A stretch of DNA of 62,948 bases, filler included. It is 14 parts of 14 records of this genome, joined end to end, with 100 filler letters (N's around TTAATTAATTAA, not from the genome) between each part and the next. Parts side by side here need not be neighbours in the genome. Positions count along the whole stretch, not along the records: positions 1 to 3,274 come from SRR15195285_7651; positions 3,375 to 6,492 come from SRR15195285_7656; positions 6,593 to 10,127 come from SRR15195285_7666; positions 10,228 to 13,360 come from SRR15195285_7677; 10 more parts are not named here. One strand, written 5' to 3'. Shown one piece after another: positions 1-10,842 of the stretch (position 1 is the stretch's first letter; every line of letters starts with the position of its first letter). The translations under genes and the position numbers were made by a program. Below the pieces are notes generated by a model. That model worked only from the letters and a program-made list of their open reading frames with translations, was not told where the DNA came from and ran no database searches.

Positions 1-775
1 GACTTTTCAGCACAAAGCGCAAGTCGGAGGAAAAGTTAAGTACTGCTTCACCGTCAATCACCGAAACATCACTGTATTTTAGCAAACGGAAGTCGCTGCG
101 GCGCTGGGGACAATGATCAGAGCTTGTTCCCCAGCAGAGCAACGCCAAGATAGCGTGCTGTGCTTGTTGAACGCAATCTCTAGATTGAACTTTCTACTTT
201 TGCTGGCAAACATGCCAGATTGAGCAGCAAATCGCCTGTTTGTACTAGTGCCTGTTTGAAGCGCACGCACAAAGCCTCTCACGCAAGCAATGCAAGCCGA
301 CCGATCGCTGGCAACCGAAAAGACTCCAACGTCGAACCTAGCTGCCATGGACGTGTATCATCAGGACGTGTATCGACAGGACGATGCCTCGACGGGCAGC
401 GACGTCAAGCCGGTGTGGATGCAGCCAGTACAGGTGATGTGTTCGTCACGTAGGCAACGCATCTGGTGAGACTGTATGGGTGTGCCGTGATGCGTTCATC
501 AATGTTCGGTGGTTCGGTGAGCTGATGGATCACTCGAGGTGGGAGAATGGGTGTGTTGCTGCCAAAACGGCGAAGTGCGGCTGATCAAATGAGGCGTGCG
601 AAAGCTTGCAGGTGATAGCAGTGTCATGTATGATTTGGCCAGCGTATACCTGCTGACCTACGCAGAGCCGCGCGTCCACTGAAGCACTTAGCATGTCACC
701 ATACTCGGCTTCGGATCACTGTTCCAGTGTCTGTCCATCTGTCTCTACTTAATCCTCCACATGCGGTCGTGCACA

Positions 776-1741
776 TCACTGCAGTCGTGCAGCAATCTTG
801 GCAGCGAGTCCTTGCAGAGCATCCTCGGCCTCCCTCTTCAGATCGCGAAATTTCTTAATCTCGCGCTCAGCCTCTGCCTTGTCCTTGCTCCAGCATCGGC
901 CAAGGGCAGCAGTCTCCTCGGCGTATCGTTGGTCAAGGGCAGCTCTATCCTCGTCGAAGCGTTTGCGCTTCGTGTGGAACTCGGTCTGCGCAGCTTTGAG
1001 CTTCGCATCAAGCTGCGTTAGCTGACAGGCCGCACCATCAATCACATTGTTGCGGGTGGACTGCCTGCCTCCAAACGGTTTCTGTTTTTGTGGTGGCTTC
1101 TTTGAGATGGTTCGTTGCACTGCACGGGCCGTGTCGACGATCCATTTGCCGCGGACGTCGTCCCAGACCTTGCCCTTCGGTGCACGACCTTGTGGGCGCG
1201 TGTGTGTGCCAGCTGACCGACCTGCCGCTGCCGTGCCAGCAGATGCAAATGCATCCAACGGTCCTGACAGGTGGCCAGGTTGGTTTTTCTTGCTGCAAAT
1301 GCCCTTTCCCTTTTTGCATGTGGGGCAGGTTCTTGCTGTGTCGTCCTGAAGTGCTGGGTCATCGACCCATTTGCCATGAACAGAGTCCCAGACCTTGTCC
1401 TTCGGCGGGCGTCCCGATGGCCGCGGAATACCAGCCGGCTCATCGGAGTTGTCATCGTCCTGCTTCTTCTGCAGCAGGTCATAACGACCGCGGCACGCAT
1501 CTCCGTTCACCAGATGCTGTGGCTCGGGGAGGTTGCGCTCCCTGAGGTTGTCGGTCAGTGCAGCGGCGACGACCACCCAGTTGCGGCGATAGGTTTCAAC
1601 CAGCTCCCAGAGCATGTCATCCTCCAGCGCTGTCCAGCCTCCGCGGCGTTCCGGCTCTGAATCCTTCGTGTTACCCACCCCGACAGGAAGCCAGAAGTCA
1701 CGACCTGAGTCAGAGCGTGCGGTCTGCATCGTCCGTGCCAT
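776..1741 (-). CDS. Myb/SANT-domain protein with two RPxGRxPKxKVWD repeats, a CxxC..C..H motif and a C-terminal coiled coil
   Basis: 321-aa ORF. GGWTALEDDMLWELVETYRRNWVVVAAAL...CRGRY matches the Myb/SANT W-W-(Y) pattern. The C-terminus is heptad-rich. Confidence 0.75.
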   Translation of the reverse strand: MARTMQTARSDSGRDFWLPVGVGNTKDSEPERRGGWTALEDDMLWELVETYRRNWVVVAAALTDNLRERNLPEPQHLVNGDACRGRYDLLQKKQDDDNSDEPAGIPRPSGRPPKDKVWDSVHGKWVDDPALQDDTARTCPTCKKGKGICSKKNQPGHLSGPLDAFASAGTAAAGRSAGTHTRPQGRAPKGKVWDDVRGKWIVDTARAVQRTISKKPPQKQKPFGGRQSTRNNVIDGAACQLTQLDAKLKAAQTEFHTKRKRFDEDRAALDQRYAEETAALGRCWSKDKAEAEREIKKFRDLKREAEDALQGLAAKIAARLQ

Positions 1742-1789
1742 GCTCGCACGCCGTCACCCACTGCAGCCTCCCTGCTCCCCCTCCCCCTG

Positions 1790-1862
1790 TCGGTTGCTGC
1801 TGTTGTTGTTGGTGGTGGTGGTGCGGCGTAGTTGTAGTTGTAGTTGTAGTTGTGGTTGTGGT
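1790..1862. repeat. Compound microsatellite (TGT/TGG)n and (GTAGTT)n
   Basis: Directly visible tandem repeats upstream of the Myb/SANT ORF. Confidence 0.9.
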
Positions 1863-2437
1863 GTGCCGAGAGGGCAGGGTGTGCTGCTGCAGCAGGATCA
1901 CCGTGGGACCTCGGCATCGATCGCACCATCACTGGCAAATCGACTACCGCCAACGCGTTCCGTCGCCGCTGCGCACAGAAGAAACTCCGATTACTTTTAG
2001 TAGGAATTCCTGGTAATTCAGGCATTAATCCGGATTCAAATGAGATGATAATGCAAAATTGTAAATTCGGGTTGAATGCGAATCGCGGACACATTCTTCA
2101 TCTTCGACAGTTCGACTCAGTGCCCGTGAGACCTCCGTGAAGAAGACGGCGAGCACTGAGCCACTGACGGGTCGTGATAAATTCCAGCGTCACTGAAATA
2201 GTCTTGTAGTGTCCCGAAAATGCCGGTTTCTCGTGGGGGTCAACAGTTTTGGGCCGTTTTCCGGGCTGGCTCCACAGAACCTTCTACTAGCAGGGTCGGG
2301 GGCGGTGGCAGTCTAGTCTCGTCTAGGCCGCCTGCGAGAGCTGAGAGCGTGAAGAGATGACATTGCGAGGTGTTTAGTGGCAGAAGAAGGAAAACCTCGG
2401 TGTCACAAAATTGACATTGACATTGGCATGCGACGAT

Positions 2438-3172
2438 TTACTGTTCAGGTGGCTCGCCCTCTTCCGCTGTGGGCGCGGGTGGCACCTCCGCCCCTCCCTC
2501 ACTCGCACCAGCTCCCGCCTCCTCCGCGGCCGCCTCCGGCTCGGTCTCTGACTCGGTCTCCGGTTCGGCGGATGACTCAGGAAGCTCCAGGCCCATCAAC
2601 ACAAAGTCCTGCTCGATGTTCCCTGTGAACGATCGATGGCAACGCAAGGGCATAACAGGACGGCAAGGTCAGGCGCAGCAAGATAGAAAGACTAGCGCGC
2701 AGGTTTGGCTGTCCTCACAGTCCTAGCTGTCCTAGCAGGCAGGCCTGGCACGCCGGCACGAGGACAGGCTGTCCTAGCAGACAGGCAGGCATGCAGGCGG
2801 GCAGGTGGGCGATTGGCGCACGCACCCATTTTGAGGTCAACATAGACCGCGAGCAGCTGCTGCTGGTTGATCCCTTCCCTCCCAGTGGAGCCGACCTGCA
2901 TGCAGACTGTCACGTACTCGTCCTCTGTCACCGAGCCGCCAGTCTTACGCGCAAGCTCCTGCACCTCGTGGCAGAGCAGCACGCCGTCCCTGCGAACCAA
3001 ACAAACGCAGCAGCCCTCTCTTTGCTTAGAGCTGTCGAAACGAAACTGCCGTCTGTAAAACACGATTAGTTGCCCAGGTAGGCTCGGGACAAAAAACATT
3101 TAGGCGTGCATTGAAAGCAAAACATGGTGCTGTGTTTCGCACCGGTCCTGATCCAATGCATCGAACATCACC
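2438..3172 (-). CDS. EF-hand protein, 3' part (5' end lost at contig edge)
   Basis: Exons 3172-3143, 2989-2826 and 2622-2438, joined by GT-AG introns, give VMFDALDQDRDGVLLCHEVQEL (canonical EF loop)...LLAVYVDLKMGNIEQDFVLMGLEL, followed by an acidic PE-rich tail. Confidence 0.75.
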
Positions 3173-3229
3173 CTGTTGCGCACCACACACAAACGCCGCG
3201 TGTCATGAATGTGACGGGAAGGGCCGTCG

Positions 3230-3274
3230 TGTGTGTTTGTGTGTCTGTGTGCCTGTGTGCCTGTGTGCCTGTGT
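3230..3274. repeat. (GTGTGCCT)n-like simple repeat at contig end
   Basis: Visible tandem repeat running into the linker. Confidence 0.85.
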
Positions 3275-3374
3275 NNNNNNNNNNNNNNNNNNNNNNNNNN
3301 NNNNNNNNNNNNNNNNNNTTAATTAATTAANNNNNNNNNNNNNNNNNNNNNNNNNNNNNNNNNNNNNNNNNNNN
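3275..3374. other. Artificial contig linker (N44-TTAATTAATTAA-N44), first of 13
   Basis: The identical 100-nt spacer, with stops in all six frames, also occurs at 6493-6592, 10128-10227, 13361-13460, 19074-19173, 23815-23914, 33642-33741, 37033-37132, 41773-41872, 47777-47876, 51256-51355, 55864-55963 and 59687-59786. Confidence 0.99.
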
Positions 3375-3667
3375 GGTTGCTTAAGGTAGGTTCTTTACAG
3401 TACCCGCGCGGGCGCGCGGGGAACAAACGCGACGTACGCGAAGACGCGCGGTCGGCGGCCGCGGCGCCGGGCCGGCGGGCGCCCCCGAACGCGCAACGCC
3501 GCGAGGGGCCGAGGCGCGGAACACGTCGGGGTGACTCGCCGGCTTGCTTGGGGTGATATCACACCGCCACATCAATTGTCATATCAATTGAACTGTCACT
3601 GTCTCGTCGAAGAGTGATCGCGTGCCGGCTTGAGCTCGCAGCAGGGCGGATCGCTTGTACAGTACGT

Positions 3668-5940
3668 ATGTCGTCGTGGAAGAATACAAGGGACCTGTAC
3701 AGCCCTGTGCACCGCACCATTAATGCGGCGCCCGCGGAGGCGGTGCGATTGTCAGCCTTTTGTCTTCTTCTTTGTTGCGTGTGCAGGCTGTGCGGCCGTC
3801 GCAATTGTACATCAATACACGGTGGTGCTCAGTGTAAATGTGTGGCTCTGTCGCCTGTTGACCACTCACCGCAGCGCAAAGAAAAGGTCGATGTGATGTG
3901 GGTGATGGTGATCGGTGTGGCCTTCATCGGGATCTTCACGTCGTGGTTCGGCACGCAGTCCTTTGCGGTCAAACTACTCAACACGGGTACGCAGGACGCA
4001 AGAAGAAAATCGCCGGAGTGCTCGCAGAAAAAACAAGCGCGCCTCTCGGCCGGCAGCCCACTCACGGCCAGCGTGTGTCCTTGTGTGTGCGCTGCAGGTG
4101 GGAAGCAGCTCGGCTCCTGGCTGATCGGCATCGTGTACGTCGTCTTCATCCTCTCCAACCAGGTCGCGCCGTCCATTGTCGGGCTAATCGGGGCCAAGTG
4201 GACGATGGTTGCTGGCTCCGTTGGGTATTTCCTCGTGGTGGCTGGCACGGCCAGTCAGAATGCTCACCTCACGCTGGTCGGCGGTGCGTGCGTGGGGTTC
4301 GGGGCCGGCTTGCTGTGGTCTGGCCAGGGTCGGATGGTCACAGACCTGTCGACTGATAGTACGCGCGGCTTCTGCTGGGGAATTTTCGACGCGCTGATGA
4401 TGGGCGGAAGCGGGTACGCCCTGCACCGTTGCTGCTGCTGCGCGCGCCCCCGCCAAAACGATTCCATCGGCATGCCTGCGTTTCTCAATTCGTTCGTCAA
4501 CAGGCTGGTTGGCAACGCGATTACGATCAACTTTGCCCCAAGCTCCAAAATGCCGGATGCAAGCAGCAGCTCATCAGGCAGCGCGGGCGCCAGCGACCAC
4601 GAGTTCGACGAGGAAGTGCGCAAGTACTTCACAATCCTGTGCATCCCGGTCTCCATCGCGATCATTGTCCTGATGTGCATCCCCAACCTCCCCAAGCCAA
4701 CTGAGCAGCTCTCCGTCAGCGGTCGCATGCAGAAGGTGCGGAAACATGCTGCACGCGCAATCTGGGTCTTGCTACCCAGGTGTCTGGTGGTAGCGCCTCG
4801 CGCCTGATCAGCCTTGACGGCGTGCGGCACTGCTGCAGACCTGGGAGGTCGCGACAACGCGAGAGATGCTGATTATGGCCCCGTATTGTTTCCACATCGG
4901 CATCGCCATCGGCTTTACAATCTGTGAGAGCAAATGGGTAGCTGTTCGGAAGTCATGGATTGATCAGCAATTTGATTGTACGTTCGTTGACTCGATCCTG
5001 CGCTGTCTTCGATCAACTGCAGACATGAACACAATCATTCACGACAACAAGGCACTGGGGGTGATTGGCCTGTACAACTGCATCGGTGGATTTCTCGCGC
5101 TACCGATAGGCCGTGTCTCAGACACAGTACGTACATACTAGCATCTGCGGTCTCAACTGCAATTTCGCGTGACCTGCGCATGCGCCAACAGGTGGGGCGT
5201 CGTCCTGTTGCTCTGTTTGCCATGGCGATCGATCTCGTCGCGTACTTCTGCGCCAACATGGCCGCGCAAACGGAGCACCAGCCACACTGGCATGGTGATC
5301 TGGCCAGCTCTTTTGCACCCTCCGTGTGTGGATACGCATGCCTGGCAGGCCTTCTAGATGGTGAGATTCCGTCACAAAATCTGAACTATAATGGAGCTAG
5401 CAGCATGCGATCGACAATGCCTAGTGCTGTGGCTGCTGCTCTTTGAGTGGTGTGTTCACGCGCACCGTTGCTGCTTGCACCTGCCTTCTCGTTAGGTGGT
5501 GCGCGGTCTTTGATCCAAGTGATTCAAGCTGCAACCATATCTACACTTTTCAGCACGAAGGACTCCGAAGCCGCGTTCGCCATGCAAGAGACATGGTTAT
5601 CTGTCTCGTCAATCCTCATCTGTTGTGTGCTTACGCAAGTTCTACCGACCGTTCATGTAGACATTTCCACGTAAGCATTAATGACGATCCCAGGGTGCCA
5701 CTGACGCATATGCCTGTGCTGCCATCTTACTGGATCGCATGTTGATATCGCAGGGCGCTGGAGAATTTCAAGATTGTGATGGGAGTATGCGCTGCGAGTC
5801 TAATCTTCTCCACAGGTTGCTACTGCGTGGCCGAACCCTCGCCGATGATGTGCCTTGGAGACAGCAGCGGCAAGAGCAATCCTCCCATCGCAGGCTGGCG
5901 CAAGGCACGCAAAAGCTATAGCGAGGTCCTCGTCCAGTAG
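3668..5940 (+). CDS. UNC-93-like MFS membrane transporter, multi-exon
   Basis: Spliced hydrophobic helices with UNC-93 hallmarks (APSIVGLIGAKWTMVAGSVGY, GACVGFGAGLLWSGQG, GRVSDTVGRRPV, SEAAFA). About 8 GT-AG introns; stop at 5938-5940. The start exon is inferred. Confidence 0.8.
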
Positions 5941-6164
5941 CAGTAGCGCCACCGGGATGGTGCAAACTCGATTGTGTGAACTTGAGTTTGTCCTGTTGTA
6001 TCACATTGTTGGGCCAGTGCTTCTGTTGAGTTCATGCCTACCGTTGCCATCCATGCTTGAGTGATGTCGAATCAGAGGAACGCGCTGCGAAGTTGTAGGG
6101 CTATTTCTGAGTACGTATCAGACTTCTAGCACTCGCAACAGAACACAGAAGAAGACGAAGGAAT

Positions 6165-6492
6165 TCATTTTCCTCGAACTCGTCGTCCGTTGCCGGCACT
6201 TACGTCCACTGTGCGAAACGCGATGCCACCTGCGAGGCTAAGGCCCGCAGACACTGCTAAAGGGGCAAGAGGGTGTAAAGGCCACACTGGCATCACTCGA
6301 ACGCCAGCCACCAACGCCGCAAGGCCAAACCCAATGCTGTGGACGACACCTGAGATCAAGCCTATTTGAGCTATGCCCTTTTGCGCTGCGAGCTCTATGG
6401 TCTGCAGCACGACCTCGTTGGTCGCAACCGTTGTGGAGACTACTGCGCATGCCTGCAGCACACCAGCAGCTGCCTGCACAGTCTGTGCTTCA
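6165..6492 (-). CDS. 3' end of a hydrophobic membrane protein (possibly MFS), truncated by contig edge
   Basis: About 105 aa with 2-3 hydrophobic segments, convergent with the UNC-93-like gene. Confidence 0.45.
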
Positions 6493-6682
6493 NNNNNNNN
6501 NNNNNNNNNNNNNNNNNNNNNNNNNNNNNNNNNNNNTTAATTAATTAANNNNNNNNNNNNNNNNNNNNNNNNNNNNNNNNNNNNNNNNNNNNGGGATTGG
6601 AGACTTTCCCGCCCGTGAGCCGCCACTGTAATCGATCCTGTTCGCTTGGCAGTGTTCCTCCTAACTCTCCCTTGTAAACATC

Positions 6683-7180
6683 AGGTGTCGATTCTTTAGA
6701 CCAGCGCGCGATAGCGCACACGAGTGCACATGTGAAGACGGAAAGCTCCGCATTACATGGAACGAAGGAGACGAACCACTGGTTGTCGATGCGCTGAACA
6801 CCGAGGGCAAGCACATTTATGTCCGTAGCGAACACTGTCTCTGGCCTCCAAGCCTGAAAGTGAATTCAGATGGTTCATGGATGGATGATTCGAGTCGCTG
6901 TACAACTCCAGACTTTGGGTGGAAATACTTGCATGTGGTTGACGCTACCGTTCGTAGCCTCGACGAGGCCTACAAATGCGTTATCGACGGCGAAAGGCTT
7001 CTGGTGAAATGGAACAAGAGAGACCCGCCGCAGGTTTGTCACCCCTACATTATTCAAGATCAGTCCAACGGCGTCGATGACATGGATTCTGCGTTCGGTG
7101 ACCACGCACAAGACCCTGACCAGTCCAACGAAACAGAATCACTATGTACTGTACGTACGGTACCAGCTCTGATGGAGTAA
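6683..7180 (+). CDS. Hypothetical protein fragment with an internal repeat
   Basis: The reading frame is open well upstream of the listed ORF. It contains ECTCEDGKLRITWNEGDEP and KCVIDGERLLVKWNKRDPP. Confidence 0.4.
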   Translation, partial: RCRFFRPARDSAHECTCEDGKLRITWNEGDEPLVVDALNTEGKHIYVRSEHCLWPPSLKVNSDGSWMDDSSRCTTPDFGWKYLHVVDATVRSLDEAYKCVIDGERLLVKWNKRDPPQVCHPYIIQDQSNGVDDMDSAFGDHAQDPDQSNETESLCTVRTVPALME

Positions 7181-7395
7181 TGGTAGTACCGCTCCGAGAG
7201 CCTAGTGTATTGACAGCTCCCGAAGCCAGTTCTGCTCGTCGCAATCCCAGTCAGCTTGCGCGCCTGTAAATACAAAGAAAGGTCTGCCAGCTACGCCATC
7301 GGGCAACGGTTCGTTGAGACATATCGGCATGATTGTGTCCGCTCCGAGTACACAGTGAAGCACTCGGGCGTCTGGAGAAAGACATTCTGAGAATG

Positions 7396-10127
7396 TCACG
7401 GCATCGCCCCAGGCAGGTCGGCATCGCCTTCGGATGGGGCCATCCGTTGTATTCGGGTGTGTGGCTGCAACTTATTGGACCGCGAATGGACAGTCTCAGC
7501 CGTCTGACCTTGATGTTGCTCCACTGCTACACCACGATCGCTGACGGAACGTGGAGCACGGGACATATGCGACGGTGAGCCCGAAGGTGGCTCAGGTTGC
7601 CACATCCGCTGATTTGGTGCGACAGGCTCAGAATCGCGCACTTCCTCCAGTTGACTGTCGCGTCTTGCCAGCCCATTGTTTCTCTCCTGCCATGAATCCA
7701 GCGTTGTTCTCCAGCTCGCCAGCTGGCTGATCTGGTCGCTGTGTGTGTCAATCTGGTCGCCGTGGTTCTGAATCCATCCAGTCACTGTCTCTTGCCAGCT
7801 AGCGAATGTACTCTTCCAACTAGAAAGTTCACTTGCCATCTCTCGATCTCGTTCTTCTAATACCTGTAGGTCAATAGCCACCTCTCGTTCTCGCTCTTCT
7901 AAGACCTGCAGCCTGTCCCGTAGATCAGCCTCAACAACCGGGCTGCTGTTTTGCTCTTCCAATGCTTGCAGCCGATTCTGAAGCTCGGTCAATTGGCTCA
8001 CCGCAGAACCACGTTCGCCACGCGAATCTATAGCTGCAAGTTGGTCCTCTAGCTTGTCCAGCCTCTGATTCCAACAGCAACGCAAGTCTAGTGAGCACCA
8101 AACTATACCGAAAGCAAACGTTGTTCAGAAAGTTCGAACGCACATTACTTCGACTCAGACAAGCAGTGGCGTAGCGAGCAAACACCTACGTGTGAAGAAG
8201 CAAACGTGGTCAGTGACATCTCCACCGCACCAGCATACAATACTGTCCGACCATCGGAGCACAATTTCGCTATGCATTCGTATGTCAACTTACACCAGCA
8301 ACAAATTGAAGGGCACCAAAAATGATGGAAAACTTCAGTGAAAAATCCAGCTCGCCAACAGAAATGCGTGTTGCGGTAAGAACCCGGTTGATGTGAATGA
8401 TCTGGATAGCAAGCTGCGGGACTGTCTCTAGCGTGGCCGCAGCACTGCAGAACACTGCGGCCTGTAGTGACGGGAGCCCATCATACATCTTCGCGGCCGC
8501 AACGTCCTTCCAAGGAAGCAGCACAAGAGTCTCAGGGTTCGTGGCGCTAATAAGGATCAACAGGCCGTAGAGCAACTTTCCCTCGCGAAACTTGTCTTTG
8601 TCAAGCAGATGACTCGTGCCATCCGTTGCAAAGCAGACGAAGTAGAATAGCAAGATTATCCCAAATGTGAGAGACAAGAAAATGGACATGATTGACCAAG
8701 CTCGGAGGGACATGAAGTACAAGTTAGCCTCAGCTATGGGGTCACTTGCGTATGTGATGAACGCTACCGTACAATCTGCGTAAAAGTCACTGATGGCCAG
8801 GATAGCGGCAGTCATTGGCCACTTGTCCTGTGCTTGCTGTTTCAACCTGATATGCCAGGGTTCCAATGCCGAATGAATCATGGGGTATGTCGAGAACAGC
8901 TCGCGCACGATCTCGATCTTCCTGTCTAGGTCACTTGCACCGGCATCATCTAGAATCTTGTGAAGCGTCGGCCTGGTAATCTGGCTGTAAAATTGTGGGT
9001 CGTTGTAGTCGTCCAGCAACGCTCCACCCTTCGTCGTTCCTTCTTTGGTGTGCAGGTCGCTAAATGCTTTCTCAAGAGATTCTCTCGGGGCGACGTTAGC
9101 TTGCGCTGAACTTGTCTCGCTCAAATCATGCTGGTCTGTTTGATCTTGCATCAGCAACTTCTGCACCACATTCTCAATGGTCGGCGCCTGCTCTGGATGT
9201 AGTTGCTCCAAAGACTGGAAACCGAGGAAGCCACCTGAACATAGAATCAAAGTTGTTGCCACAGCAGCTGCAATCACGATCACGAGCTCCACCTGTGCTT
9301 GATCAGGAATGCAGCACGTCTCCGCAGCTGCCTGTGCGGGCGCAATGGTGCCACCTGCGTTGTACATTATCATTGCAGGGTCGGTGAAAAATGTGTTGCA
9401 GTCGTTGGCCTCGGCCCACGTGGCGCAGCTGTCAAGGCAGCACATTTGTTCACTCTTGATGCCGTCTGACGCCCCGGAGTTAATTGTGCCGGCATGGCAT
9501 GCAAACACGTCGCAGCCGAAGCTCAGTGGAATGGAAGCACTGGGCACCAGCACGTGGAAGAGGTCCTCCAGCTCCTGTTGCTCCGTCTCCGCGGATCCTT
9601 GAAGCGCAGGAGCAACGACAAAATCGACAACCACGCTACCGGCAGACAGCGATATGATGATGATGCGGTCAGACGTTGTGCCGAGCATCTGAGCGATTTG
9701 CAACGGGAGGTCTGCTTCTAGTACCGCCAGTTCTGCACTTGTTGCAGGAAACGGTTGATCGAGCATCAACTGAAGTATTGCTTCGCATTTTGCATCTCCT
9801 ACTGCGGAAGGGCAGGACGTGCTGCTAGACTGGCGCATTTTGTTGGCTTTCCCGTCCGGGCAAGCAAGGCAGTGAGTCGCTCCTCGAGACACCCCGACTC
9901 CAGTGACTGCCGAGTCACTGCTAGTGAAGTGATCCTCTGGACAAATGTCACACCTACCAAGAACGCTTGAGGTGCTGTACATCCCCACAGGGCACAAGGT
10001 ACAGCGTGTCGCTGCATTTTCAGCTGAAGCTCCACACGAAGAGTTCGATGGTGCCCCCACAGACGTAAAACCACGAACACATGGTGCACAAGCAACTGTC
10101 GAGTCAGAGCTGTACCGGCCAGCAGAG
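7396..10127 (-). CDS. Cys-rich/SEA-like ectodomain, TM helix, XK-like multi-pass domain and coiled coil; 5' partial
   Basis: The frame is open from the contig edge: CxxCPxGxY repeats, LSAGSVVVDFVV, a TM helix, then SDFYADCTVA and LETVPQLAIQI. A GTAAGT donor at 8293 and a short exon plausibly splice into the 7396-8085 coiled-coil ORF. Confidence 0.7.
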
Positions 10128-10227
10128 NNNNNNNNNNNNNNNNNNNNNNNNNNNNNNNNNNNNNNNNNNNNTTAATTAATTAANNNNNNNNNNNNNNNNN
10201 NNNNNNNNNNNNNNNNNNNNNNNNNNN

Positions 10228-10256
10228 GTGGGTGTGGGTGTGGGTGTGGGTGTGGG
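10228..10256. repeat. (GTGTGG)n simple repeat
   Basis: Visible at the contig start. Confidence 0.85.
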
Positions 10257-10842
10257 CTGTTGCGGGCGGCGGCGGTAACGGCGATGGGATGAGTGATCTA
10301 GGGCAGGAGAGGGAGGACTGCGGATCTGTGGCGATAGGGTGCGGTACAGAGGAGGTAGTGCAGCCGTCGACGATGAGTTGTCAATGTCTTCAGCAGCCGG
10401 TGAAGGGTGAGCGGGAGCGGACGAAGCGATGTCGACCGAAGAGCTTGGTCGGCGACTGTTTTGGTCGGTGCAGCGCGGGGCGGCGCTGGTCAGAGCATTG
10501 CCACACTGGCGGGTCGTGGTGAAAAGGCGACGTGTGCAGTCGGGCGGCGGTGTTTGGGTTCTGAACTCTCCGGGCCTGACGCTATGTGCACAGTCTTGAC
10601 AGACATGATGCGGCAGTAGGTTGTGTGCTGGCCGGCAGTTGCGTGAGAGAAGGGACAGGGGAATCGGATGCGATGCGTGCGCATGTGCGCCTTGTTAGCT
10701 GGCGGTTGTGAGTGATCGTTATTCAAACAACGACAGCATTCTTCGGGTCCAACGTTCCTTGCTCTGTCTTGTAATCCCTGTGCGCTGGTCAACGAGTGCA
10801 ACAGGCAGCTCGATTCTCGATTTGCGGGAGCTCAGTGATGGC

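Noticed and set aside
2-15. 14-nt match (ACTTTTCAGCACAA) to the minus strand of an intron near 52925-52938
   Set aside because: Matches of this length are expected by chance in a 63-kb self-comparison.
1-760. Short ORFs and a small GGACGTGTATC duplication
   Set aside because: No recognisable protein motif, and the repeat is too short to interpret.
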